Below the pieces are notes generated by a model. The model was not told the DNA's origin. It saw only the letters and a list, made by a program, of their open reading frames with translations, and ran no database searches. A DNA stretch of 61,347 nt, counting the filler, from Sluysia triapertura (lineage: Eukaryota), in assembly GCA_046118255.1 (NCBI GenBank). It is 4 parts of 4 records of this genome, joined end to end, with 100 filler letters (N's around TTAATTAATTAA, not from the genome) between each part and the next. Parts side by side here need not be neighbours in the genome. Positions count along the whole stretch, not along the records: positions 1 to 14,286 come from JBJNIA010000234.1; 3 more parts are not named here. The stretch is one strand, 5' to 3'. The position numbers were made by a program, and so were the translations under genes. This document shows, piece by piece, positions 1-13,049 of this stretch (position 1 is its first letter; every line of letters starts with the position of its first letter).

Positions 1-1527
1 TATAATAACCAAAATAAATTAGATCATTAAAGGGATAAAATAAGGAAGAATTAAAATTATCAGGAAGACCCTCTTATTCAAACAAATTGCTAACAAAGAA
101 CTATCCACTTGAGAAGAATTAAGGAATCTTATTCGTAGTTTTAATTCATAAACCAATAGCCAAGTCTTCTTCACGATTTAAAACTTGAGTTATTGGCGAA
201 CCCTATATTAAAATCATAATTGTTAAATCAAAGAAAAAATCACTAGCATTTGCTACTCTTGATAAATGTACTCGAGTTCCATTTTCATATTTGTTTTATT
301 ATATTTTTAAAAATTACTATCGTTCCTTGTGTTTCAAAATGTTTTTAAAATTACTGACAAATATGAAAGACAAAGTGTAACGTTGTAACAAATTTCATTT
401 CGGTCCAAGTTAAAAATGATATCTCATCGAAAAAAATTTTTATACCTTTTTGCATACTTTTTTAATACACATTTAATTGCGGCTCGCGAAAAATTTCAAA
501 TTTTGAAAATGGCTCCTACTATCAAGGAATTTGGTCACCCTTGATATATGCAACCCTAATATCTATTAGAAATAAATACTTAAAAGCGCTTCAAATAAAA
601 CATTCATCGCGTTATTAAAATATATTATAACCTTTTAAAGCATTTTTTCTAATTTTTAAAAAAATCATTTTAATACAAATACATTGAGCTAATATCATCT
701 ACTACAAAATAAATGCTTAAAAGAGCTTACAATAAACCATTTACTATGATATTTCTGCAACATAAACGCCACATAACCTAGCATCTAGCTTATTATCACT
801 GTGATCCAATAACTTCCAATAAATATGAAATTATTTTCTAAGTTTAACTATATTTTCTTAATTCGTACACATACTCGATATACAAATAGGTTTACACGAA
901 ATCGTGGTAAAAATAGTGTTAAATAATAAAAAACAATCACTTTCTGAAATAATTAATTTTAGCAATCAAATTTTAATTCTAATAAAAACATTCGTATACT
1001 TAATTTTCTAATACTTGACAATTCTTAAAGAAATAATCTATTTTAAAAAAATCAATAATTTATATTATACGTTAAAACACGAAAAATTCTTAGTAATAAA
1101 CTTTAAATTATAAATATATAGATTAAATGAAAACAATACGATAGTATTCAAATTTCTTAAGTACATTCGCTTTATTTATTATGTAAAACTTTCAAATTAG
1201 CTATTTGAATTCATCAAGTTGGGTATAAATTGTATCTAAATAAATAAATAAATAAACATTTTTAATAAATAAACAATATTTATGTTGAATAAATAAAATT
1301 TGAGTGTTTGGGAGGGAGATCTTTTAGTTTATATTGAAAATATATTATTATATGTACAATTTAAAAAACGATATATTTTATTTTCAATTGAACACATTTA
1401 GCTGCACAATAACCAGTACTCATCTCGGATCTTTTATTCGAAGCGATTTTTTATTTGACACTTTAGCCTATAAAGTATTCTTAAAACACTAAATTAATTT
1501 TATTTGTTTTCGTAAATTTAAATTTAA

Positions 1528-1667
1528 NNNNNNNNNNNNNNNNNNNNNNNNNNNNNNNNNNNNNNNNNNNNNNNNNNNNNNNNNNNNNNNNNNNNNNNNN
1601 NNNNNNNNNNNNNNNNNNNNNNNNNNNNNNNNNNNNNNNNNNNNNNNNNNNNNNNNNNNNNNNNNNN
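1528..1667. other. Assembly gap
   Basis: N run. Confidence 0.99.
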
Positions 1668-2360
1668 TTAATTTATATTGTGCTCATATCTATTATGTAA
1701 GTACTCAAAAGCGCTTAAGGCAAATCATTCACCATAATATTTCTGAAACAGAAAGAAATGTGCCTTTTTCTTAAATATTTCATAATCTTTCAGTAATTTG
1801 ACATTCTCTGGTAACTGGTTTTATATTTTTGAGACATAAACGGTATATAACCTATCACCTAGCTTGTTATCACTGTGGATTCTGTACAGATTATTATGTC
1901 TCAATGAAATATTCATCTTGGTTTCCAATTTTCGTATTATTTCTACAAGGTATTTAGCCCTTCCGTAATGTAAGCATTTGTAAATTATTTTCATGATTTT
2001 GAATTCTGTTCTTGCTTTTATTGGCAACCAATGTAATTCTTTAAGATATGGTGTTACACGAGATCTTCTTCCAACTTGGAGAATTAGTCTTGTTGCTTGA
2101 TTAATTATTAATTTTAATTTTTTCACTTTTCTATATGAAATTGAGTACATGAAACCATTGTTAAAATCTATGTTGCTAGTTATCAATGAATGAACAATGA
2201 GTTTAGCTGTTTCTTTATTAATACATTTTCGAATATGTGATATTTTATTTAATTGATATTTACACTTTTTAATAATACAATTAATATTTTCTTTCATGTT
2301 CATTTTTGAATACATATAACAACCTATATTTCGTACTTTTTGCTTCGTGTCTTATCGCTT
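1668..2360 (-). mobile_element. L2/CR1-clade non-LTR retrotransposon, 3' end of ORF2
   Basis: ORF 1821-2315: IRKCINKETAKLIVHSLITSNIDFNN...NQATRLI...VTPYLKELHWLPIKARTEFKI, the typical region C-terminal to RT in these LINEs. Confidence 0.85.
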
Positions 2361-2885
2361 ACAATTAACTAATAAAATACTTCATTTTGTATTATGCAAA
2401 AGGTAATTTATTATTGCTTTATCATCATAGATAACCAATTTAATTAGTAAATATTGGTTGAATAATCAAACATTATTGTTTGTTGTAATTCATCGACTTG
2501 GTTTTATTAACTATTTCAGAACTAATGGTTATCTTAACCCACTAGTACACTTATAGGCAACTTAATTAGCCAACAGATTATTTATTAAACAATGCTCTTC
2601 TGATACGACATTTAAGTAAACAAACCTACAAAACTTTTCTAGCATTTTTATTATGCATAAATTTATGTAAAACCAAACAATGGAAATCTCTCTTAAACAC
2701 GTACACTTGGACTTCGTTATTTTTGTTTTATTAGGTTGACAAGTATGAAATGCGTAGTTAATAATACAACCAACTTTAGCAGCTTATTATGTGACATTGA
2801 TTTAATTATTTTACTGTTCTGTTTCTTTTTGTTGGAAAGTTAAAAGAAATCATTGTAAGCTCTATTAAATTAAATATTTTGAAGC

Positions 2886-3193
2886 TGTTGGTAGATACAG
2901 GCCTAAAGTGCTATTTAGTGCAATTGACTCTAATAATCTAAAATTGTTAGACGGGCTGATAGCTCAGTGAGCAGAGTATCGAACTGCGCAACGAGGTCCC
3001 AGTCCACCCATTTGGTGAGCCCACATATCGAATACCATTGGGTGAACATAATTGGGTGAAATGTATTGGGGTACATTTAGTATAATTGATAATAATAATC
3101 TAAAATTGTTAGACGGGGCTGATAGCTCTGTGGGTAGAGCATCGAAATGTCCGGGGTTCGATTCCCGGATAGTCTATTTTATGAAGTCTAACA
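2886..3193 (+). mobile_element. Two tandem copies of a tRNA-derived repeat
   Basis: A box TAGCTCAGTG, B box GGTTCGATTCC; flanks ctaaaattgttagac and ttttatgaagtctaaca. Confidence 0.8.
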
Positions 3194-3202
3194 CTGTTAA
3201 CA

Positions 3203-3875
3203 AGCGGAAATTCGAATTATTATGAAGAATGAATTCTTACCTGGAGTTACGGTATCCCAGACCGCGCAAAACGTTAATAGTGTATTTGGCTCTATTGTTC
3301 TCTTGTAATTGTGCAGCAGCAAATATCAAATTTGTTCGTCAAATTTCGTACAAGTAACTTTGGCCTCACAAATGAGCCATGTAGTCATCCAGTATCAAAG
3401 GTCAACAATGACGAACTGAGGGTCACCACTGAATGCAACCCGCCTTGGAATACCTATGGAGTGTAATGTCAGTAATATTAACTTATTTAGCTCAAATTGG
3501 TAATGTAAACAAAGTTGGATGAGTTCCACATGAAAAACAAAAGCGTTTCGAAGCTTGCTTCATATTATTTTTTGTCAAATCTTATTTATTTTTAAATCGA
3601 ATTGTTACTTGTGATGAGAAATGAATCCAACATGACAATTGCAAATGTTTAGTATAGTAGTTGCCAAAGATAAATAACCAAAACACACCACAAAGTATTC
3701 ATCAAAAGAAGTTGATGGCGAGTATTTGATCGTCTAGCGCAGGTGCGATCCATTATGATTTCATGAAACTTGTTTCATCGATTACAGCAGAAATGTACTG
3801 CAACCAACTGGCAAAATAATGCAAAAACACTCTAGATTGGTCAACAAATAGACTCCTCTCTTGTTGCGACTGTGA
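3203..3875 (+). mobile_element. Mariner (DD34D) transposase pseudogene
   Basis: Broken frames read EIRIIMKNEF...QTAQNVNSVFG (HTH), LNRIVTCDEK*IQHDN (first catalytic D), HQKKLMASI, AIHYDFMK...ITAEMYCNQL. Confidence 0.85.
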
Positions 3876-5338
3876 CAAAACTGCAGAAATTGGAGTAGGA
3901 ACTTCTACATCATCCTCCATACTCACCAAACTTAGCCTCTCATTGACCACCACTTCTACTACAATTCGAACTTTCAGTAGGAAAATAATTTAATTGTAAC
4001 AATGCTCTGAAATTTCCCTTCCAAGAATTCTCATCTGCCAGTGTTTTACATCATCGGCTTAAATTGCAAATACACATACAATGTGGATACATACTTTGAT
4101 GAATAAAACAATTATTTTTATTTGTAAGTTATCAATCAACAATACCTTTTTTCTACAAATTTCGCCCTTGACCATTCTAAAACACGCTAAAATTTATATG
4201 TACTCATGCATGAAATAATCAAACACTAGTTATCAGTTTTTATATTAAATATTTACAAAAATAAGCGATAATTAAGCAATTTTACAAGTCATAACTTCTG
4301 CTTCAATATTCCAACTCATGTATTGAAATGCACAAATGTTAAAATTTGTTGAATATATGTTTGCATTATTCCGATAATTGTAATAATTACTTAATTATGT
4401 TGATTGTATAAGTTTACCGTACGAATGATACTACTTTACAAAAATACAGTATTTGCACACCCACATTTTGAATAAAATTCATTCTAAAAACACAAAAAAA
4501 GTATTAAATGGAAAAACTAGTATTTAATTCATCAATTACAGTTATTTCTTTTCTTGATATATGTATTGTTCAAATATGAACTAATAATTATTTCATTAGA
4601 AAGTATTTTAGGTTAAATTAATTTTTTAAAATTGATTTACAAATTTTCAACCAAAAAAATTATGCAGATAAAAACTAACAAAAGATCAATAATTTAAAAT
4701 GCAATTTTGTTTACAAACAATAAAAATGAGAACATATTTCTTTGCAACAATGCACGCATTATGTATAATTTTTAAAAAATTATTTTGCAAGTTAAAAATG
4801 CCAAAAAGGAAAAATTCAGCTTAATTTGGTAAAAGAAATCAATTATGACCATAAATAGATACAAATACATATTATAATTTGTAACAGGTGATCTTTTCCA
4901 AATAAAGTAACGATCATAAAATAGAAATACCACGAAGTGTTTTTATTGCTTAATTAACAATAAATAACTGATGAACACACGACTGTATCTATATTTAATG
5001 AATCTTTGTAATTAGTCGTAAATTTTGTTAAAACATATTTCATTAAATATTATCCAATGAAAACTTTTCTAAAAATATAATTTTCTTATGTATCTTATGT
5101 ATGCAGAATACATCTTAAAAGTAAACGAATGGAAAAAAACCAATACGAAAAAATATCGAAAAATACTATATTTAATAATTATCAAAGACTTCATTGTTTG
5201 CCGTTTGTTGTGTGATTTTACAAAAACCATAAAAACATAATAACAAATAAAATAATAAAAGATAATTTAAAATAACAATAACAATAACACAAATCTAAAC
5301 AGTATAGAACTCATAAATAAATGTTTTACCGATTGAGT

Positions 5339-5567
5339 TTATAATTGAACAAGAACTATATTTGGATCTTCTATGAACGCTTTAATTTTTCTTAGAAATG
5401 TTACTGCTTCTCTTCCATCAATTAAACGATGATCGTAAGTTAATGCTAAATACATCATAGGTCTAGCTGAAATTGTGCCATCTGGCAAGACCACAGGACG
5501 CATCTGTGTAGCGTGTATACCTAGAATAGCTGATTGTGGTGGATTGATTATCGGGGTACCAAGTAAA
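5339..5567 (-). CDS. DLST: DLST exon 4: catalytic C-terminus
   Basis: cag|T completes Ser; [17 protein letters not shown]...[14 protein letters not shown] (catalytic His motif); TAA stop. The four exons total 1365 nt = 454 aa. Confidence 0.95.
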
Positions 5568-5672
5568 CTGAAAAAAACAGAAATCACACTAAATCATAAT
5601 TAAAATGGCATGTGGAAGTATGATAAGTAAAACATAAGTAAAAAATAATAATTATTAATTATTAGTTATTAA

Positions 5673-5822
5673 CACGTTGAATACATGGTTTGCCCGTCTG
5701 ACCAAAATGAATTTCTCAGTATGTGTTGCATATTTTGATGAAATATTATTTACAAATTATTAACAGTTAATTTTTGTAATCATTCACTTAAGTCACCGAT
5801 GACCCCAATGGCATTCAACGTG
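5673..5822. mobile_element. piggyBac-type MITE in DLST intron 3
   Basis: TTAA on both sides (5669-5672, 5823-5826); terminal inverted repeats CACGTTGAAT / ATTCAACGTG. Confidence 0.8.
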
Positions 5823-6479
5823 TTAATAATTAGTTGAATATTATATTCATTCCATTAAACTGAGTCTTTTTTAAAATTTCGTAGATATATAAAACCGATA
5901 GAAGTTCAAACCAATAAGAATTTCCCGTTCTACAGAAATAGAGATATTTGGTAAATTAGAGATATTTACTAATATTGATGTATTAGTAAAAAAATTTCAT
6001 ATAAAATGTCAATTTATTCAAATTAATTAATTGAAACGCAGTACTCTTATAACAAGTACTAAGTTTTTGTTATATGTCATTTAAATATTTAATTAAATAA
6101 AACTTAATAAAATAAAAAATACTTCAAAATGATTTTTGATTAAGTAAATAGGTATTGATTTTGATCAACATTCAGTTTATTATAGAAAAAAATATAAAGG
6201 AGTTTAAATGTTATTTAGAAAATTGATATTATTCAAATAATGACCTAGAATGAATGTATCGCCTATCACAAAAGATTCATTTCTACGGTTTACTTTTATC
6301 ATCTACATTTATTTGTTTATGATTGTTCGCACTTTTTGTGTAAGCATAAAGTGTTAAAATTTTTAATCATTTTAGATATGGATTTAGAAACTCGAATCTC
6401 TCATTCGTAATTATTATTCATCAAATAATAGTGCCAAAATTGTAATACACGGAAAAATAATAATGTACTCACAAAATGT

Positions 6480-7340
6480 CCAGGAATTCGAAGATACAAA
6501 CTGTTAATAAATAAGCCCAAAATTTGCGTACTCGTCAAATGACAAGTTTGGACAAGAGGAAATGATGAACACAAGAAGTAATTTGTAGTGGAATGACTGT
6601 AGTTTTCGATGATCATAGTGTTGAAGAACTGGTGAATGGTAGCGTTGATAGCACTGATCCTCTTATATCACCCATCTGACCCATGAGAGCGTTCCCAGAA
6701 AGCTGAACTAAGGGGGGTTCTGACAACCCTCACGTGTGTCAGAATAATGTAACAACTCCTACTGTAAACCCGGTTAATTTTTTTATTTTTTAATAAGGAC
6801 AACTTATTTGCCTCTGTGAGGCTGCACCAAAACATTCTGAAGATCACACGATCCATCCGAGGTCAACCAAAGGGCGCTCATATCTTTATCTCATCCAAGG
6901 GCTATATTAAATGTGCAAAGGATGAATACACAACGAAACAATTAAGAATCCCACCGTTGGCAGGGAAAAAAAAGAATTTTAACCGCAAATACCATCTTCA
7001 TCACGTCCCATATTGACCACAAATGTGTGTGGGTAGAAGGATATCAATTTTTGCCATTATTTCTTATAATCAAACCCAGATTCCCTATAAGCTTATTTCG
7101 CCAATCCAGGTGAAATGAATAGCTTGTGGAATAACCCAGCCAGAGCGCTGTGAGTAGCTTGTAGCACTAGCAACGACAAAAGCTAAAAATATCAGGAAAC
7201 CCCATTATAACACAGTGCTCTTATTCCCTATGTTTGATAGTCATGTGTTATCAATCCAATTCTATTCTGACAACATTTCCACTGCTCCCACAACAGTTGA
7301 GCTTGACTCAGTTGTTGACTGACATTTTTTACCGCGTATA
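6480..7340 (+). mobile_element. Possible highly decayed piggyBac-like transposase in DLST intron 3
   Basis: GC-richer segment; fragments FYSDNISTAP (compare DNxFTS) and ANPGEMNSLW (compare KPGKYGIKxW); many stops. Confidence 0.35.
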
Positions 7341-8286
7341 TCGCCGTTCTATACATACTTTATAGTTCTCGAATGTACCACACCCGGCTTGTTGTTCAGC
7401 AATGCAGAAGCCTTTTTGAACAATTTACTCATCCAGTTGTTTGATCGAATGCCATTTATAATTATTTATTATACGATAATTGATATCTTGTTTGTTTCAC
7501 TTTCAAATTTTCTTCTTCGTCCTTTCCTAGGTAACGCGCTTCCATTCTTTTTCAATTTCATTCTTCGTATAATAAAGTAATTGTAAACTAAACTGTTTGT
7601 AAGCAATTCTCCCTCTGTTTATTTTGTATACCTCTGATGTTTCCTCCTAATTTCTTGATTGTTTGCTAGTAACATTTCTCTTTATCTCATCATCTCATTT
7701 CAATATATACTGGCAATATTGTTCAGCAGTAGCAGGAACAATATTAACAATTCCTAGTAGACTAAAAACATTTATGCGTGTATTATCGAACTGATTTATT
7801 ATTATTAAAATTAAAATATCCCACTGTCTATTCTTATTTACCAAAACCATTTATCTTTGTTATGTAAGTACCTTATATGATAAAATATGTTTCAAATTCA
7901 GTGATCAAATGGATATTTTGTCAACATCTATTCCTATGATCCTTAGGAAACCTTATGGGTCAGAACTGGATCACAGAATTACTAGCTGAGTAATTTAGAG
8001 AATGCACTTTCACATTAATAAATCTATTTATTACGTGAAAAATAAAATATAATTACATATAAACCAAATCTATGTTTATTTTCTCCAGTGAAGCTTTCTG
8101 TTGAAATATATATAATAAATGATACTCAATTTAGTTTTATATGGGAAAAATTCACCTACAATAAGATGTTAAATTACTAAAATAGTCGTGCTTTCAATTT
8201 GATCTATATTTAATATACTAAAACTTAAATAAGTAAATTGGGAAAAAGTACCAAAAATCAATAATAAAATAATTCAAAGTGCAAAC

Positions 8287-8615
8287 CTTCCAAAAACACC
8301 ACCATTACTAATAGTAAAAGTTCCTCCATCCATATCCTCAATCGCCAATTGACCAAGACGAGCACGTTCTCCCATGTTTGCAACAGCTTTTTCGATATCC
8401 GCCAAACCCATCCTGTGCACATCACGAACAACTGGAACTACTAAACCCTTTGGAGTTGCTACAGCTACACTGATGTCTATATAATCTCTATAAATTATAT
8501 CAGTACCATCAATAACAGCATTTACAACTGGTTGATCTTGAAGTGCTACACAAGCTGCTTTGATAAAAGCGGACATAAAACCCAACTTTACTCCGTGGCT
8601 TTTCGTAAATGCTTC
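8287..8615 (-). CDS. DLST: DLST exon 3: catalytic domain
   Basis: tag|GAAGCA acceptor; [17 protein letters not shown]...[16 protein letters not shown]...[13 protein letters not shown]; phase-2 donor AG|gtttgc. Confidence 0.95.
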
Positions 8616-9992
8616 CTAATATAATCAATAAAACTTTACATAAATTATATACTTGGTTTATATCGAATAATAATTTAAACACCAATTAATAAAAAAATAC
8701 CAATTTATTATTGGTTGGGATTTTTCATCAATTTTTAAATAGTGGAGTCAAAAATAATATTGTTATTTAAAACTCGTACATATTTCATGATATAAATCTA
8801 CGAACAATAAAATTTTCCATTTTTTAATTTTATGCATCTGAAAATTTAGTAATTATAAGTACTCAATCATCCATATTTGGATTTAGTTATTTATCATTGA
8901 TAGAACGGGTTTTATTAATTATTGATTTTATTGATTATTTTACTCTGGAAGATTTCACAGTATTTGACTTTTGTTTTAACAATCATGGAATTCTTTTTAT
9001 TTTGATTTTGTATTACTAAATTATTTTTAGAATTTTCACAAAAATTGTTGCAAATAATAAATTCCAAACTTTAAAATTACAATAAATCACATTTAATACT
9101 ACTTTAATCAAAATTCAATTATTTTTAAAGTTAAATTTATTTAGTAATTTACATAATTAATTTTTCTCCACGGAATTCGGACCCTAGACAGTTGTCTATT
9201 GGTTCTTCAGGTCCAGAATAACAATTATTGATAAGCTGATTTTGTGTATAATAGGTTTTTATAACAATAGAATCATTATTAAAATATTACATAATTTTAC
9301 TCAACAGCTCAAATCAAGTACGTATATTCAATCTTTTATTAAAATTCAATTCTTTAATAAAACATTTAATTATCTCAAATTAAGTTCGAATTTTTAGATT
9401 CGAAACAACTCAATATAATACAAAAAACCATGTTCCATTTATTCATAATTGAATATTTTTTACGTTTCATTTCAAATTAACTACTTTATAATTATTAGGA
9501 ATTTGACAATAATTTGTAAGAATTTCAATTTGCGCACAGGAACATGCTGAATCATGCTTCTACAATGTTATGTACATGAGTATTACTTTTATTCCCAACA
9601 CAAATAAACTAGCAACTCATTAAAACTGTTTATCAGATTAAAGTTTCAGTAATATCATTTAACAAGTAATAGTCAATTTAACAAAGTAATCTATCATAGA
9701 GCTATAAAATCTATTAAAGCCTATTTACTCTTTAGGCTTCATTTTAAGATTTCAAACCACATCAAATCTCAGAATGCTTTAGTGGATCAATTATTTCGAA
9801 TAAATAATTAGATAAAACTAAGTTGTCTGAAAAGTACAAAGTGAGCAGATAAGTTTCGCAATTGTAAAATGTAAAACAAAATTGGGATCAGAAACTGTGT
9901 AATAAATTAAAATTTATCAATTAAAAGCAACTTTTTAGTATTACTAAAAGATCGTGTTTATATTTATAAGTATTAAATAAAAAAAATCGCAC

Positions 9993-10289
9993 TTGATATT
10001 TTTTTCGCATTTTAATAATTTCTGACATATCACATTCATTAAATGTAGTTAACATGGCACAACTATTTTGAGCATCTTTTAATCGTTGTGCAATTCTCAA
10101 ACGCATCCTGTTCATCTTGATACGCTGCTCACCACGGCTACCACCGATAAAATCAATACCAGCTTTTCCTTGTGCCGAAACGACATCTTTAATCGGAGTT
10201 GAAACTTGTAACGAAGGTGGGGGAGTTACTTCACGAATTAACTTTTCACTCTTTAGAGATTCTGATGCAGCCGTTGACGATGGTGCTTT
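9993..10289 (-). CDS. DLST: DLST exon 2: linker and start of catalytic domain
   Basis: tag|AAAGCA acceptor; [38 protein letters not shown]; 297 nt, phase 0; donor KKYQ|gtgcga. Confidence 0.95.
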
Positions 10290-10441
10290 CTAATAGCAAT
10301 AAATATTTCATCGATTTAAATACTAAAAAACAAAATAATAAATCTATATTATCATTATCAAAATAAAATCTAGTTTAAATGATTAAAATTTTACTGATAA
10401 AAGATTGAAATTTTTAGTTTTAATTTTTAATAGTCACATAC

Positions 10442-10951
10442 TTGTTCCACTTGTTTTGGTGGTGGTGGTGGTCGTGAAACTTCTTCAATTTTGTCATCTT
10501 TTTTAACAGCTGCTGCTCCTTCTTTGATCTTCACAATATCTTGATTTGCAACTACTTTCCCACCATCTTCCACTAATAATTCTTGAATTGTACCGTTGCA
10601 AGGCGCATGTATTGGAATTGCAGTTTTATCAGTTTCAATCTCACCAATTACTTCATCTACCTCTACAGAATCACCCACAGCTTTAGACCACCGAATATCA
10701 CCTTCACTAACTGATTCAGCAAACGTTGGTGTTTTAATAACTTTAATATTTCTTAATAAATTAGAACCAGAAATAAAACGTGTCAAAAATAAAGCGTTCT
10801 TTGATTTAGAATTTGAATAACTCCTATTCCTGGGACAATTAATTGAATAAAAACTAACAGTACTAAGATAAATGTTACGATAAATTAATTTATTTGTCGA
10901 CGAAGTTAATTTGAAAGATTTAAATATAAAAGATCTTGCAAAAATACTCAT
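10442..10951 (-). CDS. DLST: Dihydrolipoamide succinyltransferase (OGDH E2), exon 1: mitochondrial presequence and lipoyl domain
   Basis: ATG at 10951; basic/Ser-rich presequence; lipoyl motif EIETDKT within TPTFAESVSEGDIRW...; GT donor after CAA (KQVEQ|gtatgt). Confidence 0.95.
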
Positions 10952-11747
10952 TGTATTATTAGATTCAAATAAATGTCATAAATTGTGCATTTATATAAAC
11001 AAAAAATATACATTAATGATTACTCAACAGGGAAACTAATCTAAAATATTTTGGTTGGCAATTATTAATCCAATAAATAAATTGTTAAAAACTATATATG
11101 ACGTTAAATTTTACAGTGAAATAATGGGTAAATAAATACGATAAAACGTTATCAAGAAAATAACTTAACTTTAATTAAAAACTAAGTTCATATCAAAAGT
11201 TAATTTTAACATTAAAATTAATGAAAATATTAAAATTGATAAATTAAATTGTTATAAATTCAACAATTCAAAAGTGATGTTATACATGAAATGTTTTTGA
11301 TTTTGTCTAAGTAAAATTCATTAGGATCAATCTGCTTTATTATATAAAAAGATATGTTTATAGAAACTAGTTATTCTTCAGAATATCCTTTAAGCAAAAT
11401 AATTTTTACTACATTTAATAATTATTATTCGCTAGTTCTGATCTAAAATTTATACATTCGCATCAAGTTATAAATATTGGCAAGAAGTATATACTCTACG
11501 TCCAAAGGTATGCTACTCTGTCATTGATGTGATATTCTTTGGATTTCATTATGTTGAGTCTTTTATATTATTAATTTTGAATATCTTTCAAAATCAAAAT
11601 GTTATTTAATTACACTTATATAATAATGTATTACAAAATTAAAGAAATAAAATATAATAATATGATTAAATGTAAATGAAGTAATCAATTACTAATTCTA
11701 GTCATAGAACAAAAATGTTGGATTGAGCTAACATTCACATCCGTGTA

Positions 11748-11892
11748 TGTGATGAGGTACAGACCTAAAGTGCCATGTAGAATTATTATAGTAATATTGA
11801 CTATAAAAACATAAAATTGTTAGACGGGGCTCATTGATCAGAGCATCGAACTGCACAGGGAAAGGTCCCGGGTTCGATTCCCGGTCAGTCTA
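11748..11892 (+). mobile_element. tRNA-derived repeat copy
   Basis: aggtacagacctaaagtgcca...aaaattgttagacggggc...ggtcccgggttcgattcccggtcagtc. Confidence 0.8.
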
Positions 11893-11915
11893 ATATATAC
11901 CTAATATAATAATAA

Positions 11916-12053
11916 TGTTAGACTTCATAAAATAGACTGAATGGGGATCGTACCCAGGACCGCTCGCTGCGCAGTTCGATGCTCTACCATTGAGCTGTCG
12001 GCCCGTCTAACAATGTTCAGAATATTATATTCAATTATACCTAATGGCGCCTG
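11916..12053 (-). mobile_element. tRNA-derived repeat copy, tail-to-tail with the previous one
   Basis: tgttagacttcataaaatagactga...gctctaccattgagctgtcggcccgtctaaca. Confidence 0.8.
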
Positions 12054-12054
12054 C

Positions 12055-12680
12055 AAGTGTTTCTTTTAAAAACTTAAACTTACAAAATATCCAAGGACTC
12101 GATCCACCTAATATATACGATTTATATCACTGTTGGAGACGTATTATTAGGGATTAATACTTATACTTAATAGAGATTTTAAAACTTGCATTTAAATCAA
12201 AACTCTCGTTTATAGGCTGTCAGTCAACTTCTTAATAGTTTAGTTAATTAATTATATTTTATAATTACGCAACCCGTTGTTTTCTCAAAATAAATGTAAG
12301 TTTCGAAACCCGCATTAAGGTGTTGCTTTAAAAAAATTTGATTTTAAAAAATTAATTAGTAAAACTTAACTTACTAATGTTTATTATGACAATACAAATT
12401 GTTTATTATAAGGAATTTACACTTGATAATAATTATAATAACAATAAGGATTTTAAATTATACAATTCAACCTTGGTTGATTGTAATGCAATTTTATTGT
12501 AAGGTTGCACAACCGTTTTTAAGATGTTGCATAAAAATGAAAAACATTTTGAGTGACATTTTACGATTCCATAGAATTGGTGAATTAAGAACTTAATTAA
12601 AATGAAATTACTTGTTCATGGACAAAATAATTTTGAATAAGACAAATGATTCTTTTAAATCCTGTTGAAAATTATTGTTC
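12055..12680 (+). repeat. Hairpin-array element, copy 1 (5' truncated, decayed)
   Basis: Shares cctaatatatacga...gagacgtattattagg and the caacc...ttaaggtgttg units with 13.3-13.9 kb. Confidence 0.75.
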
Positions 12681-13049
12681 CCCAATGTAAATTAGTGCCT
12701 CCCAAATCTTGTCTGAAATATTTTTTTTAATTTTTTCCAACCTATTTATATTCTAATTTACAAGCATCCATTTTGCTTTCTTCCATTTGCAAATTATTTG
12801 ATTAAAACAAAAGCTTATTTTTCTCAATGTTATTTAATAATTTAAATTTTTATTTTATTTTTTCAAATTTTTTTAATTTTTTAATTTATTAATTTTTTCT
12901 TTAATTTTATGAATTTAATTTATTTATTTAATTATAATAGAAATAATATTAAAATTAATAAAATAATATATATACAAAATATCATAATAAAATACTAAAA
13001 TAAAATGATAGCACTTTATAAAATACTTAAAAAATAACTATGACACACC

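Noticed and set aside
2953-3175. Functional tRNA genes
   Set aside because: The anticodon stem does not pair and each copy has different deletions; treated as a tRNA-derived repeat
10596-10820. Antisense ORFs over real exons (also 52196-52393, 53247-53429, 59184-59390, 60902-61087)
   Set aside because: Shadows of DLST and dynein coding sequence
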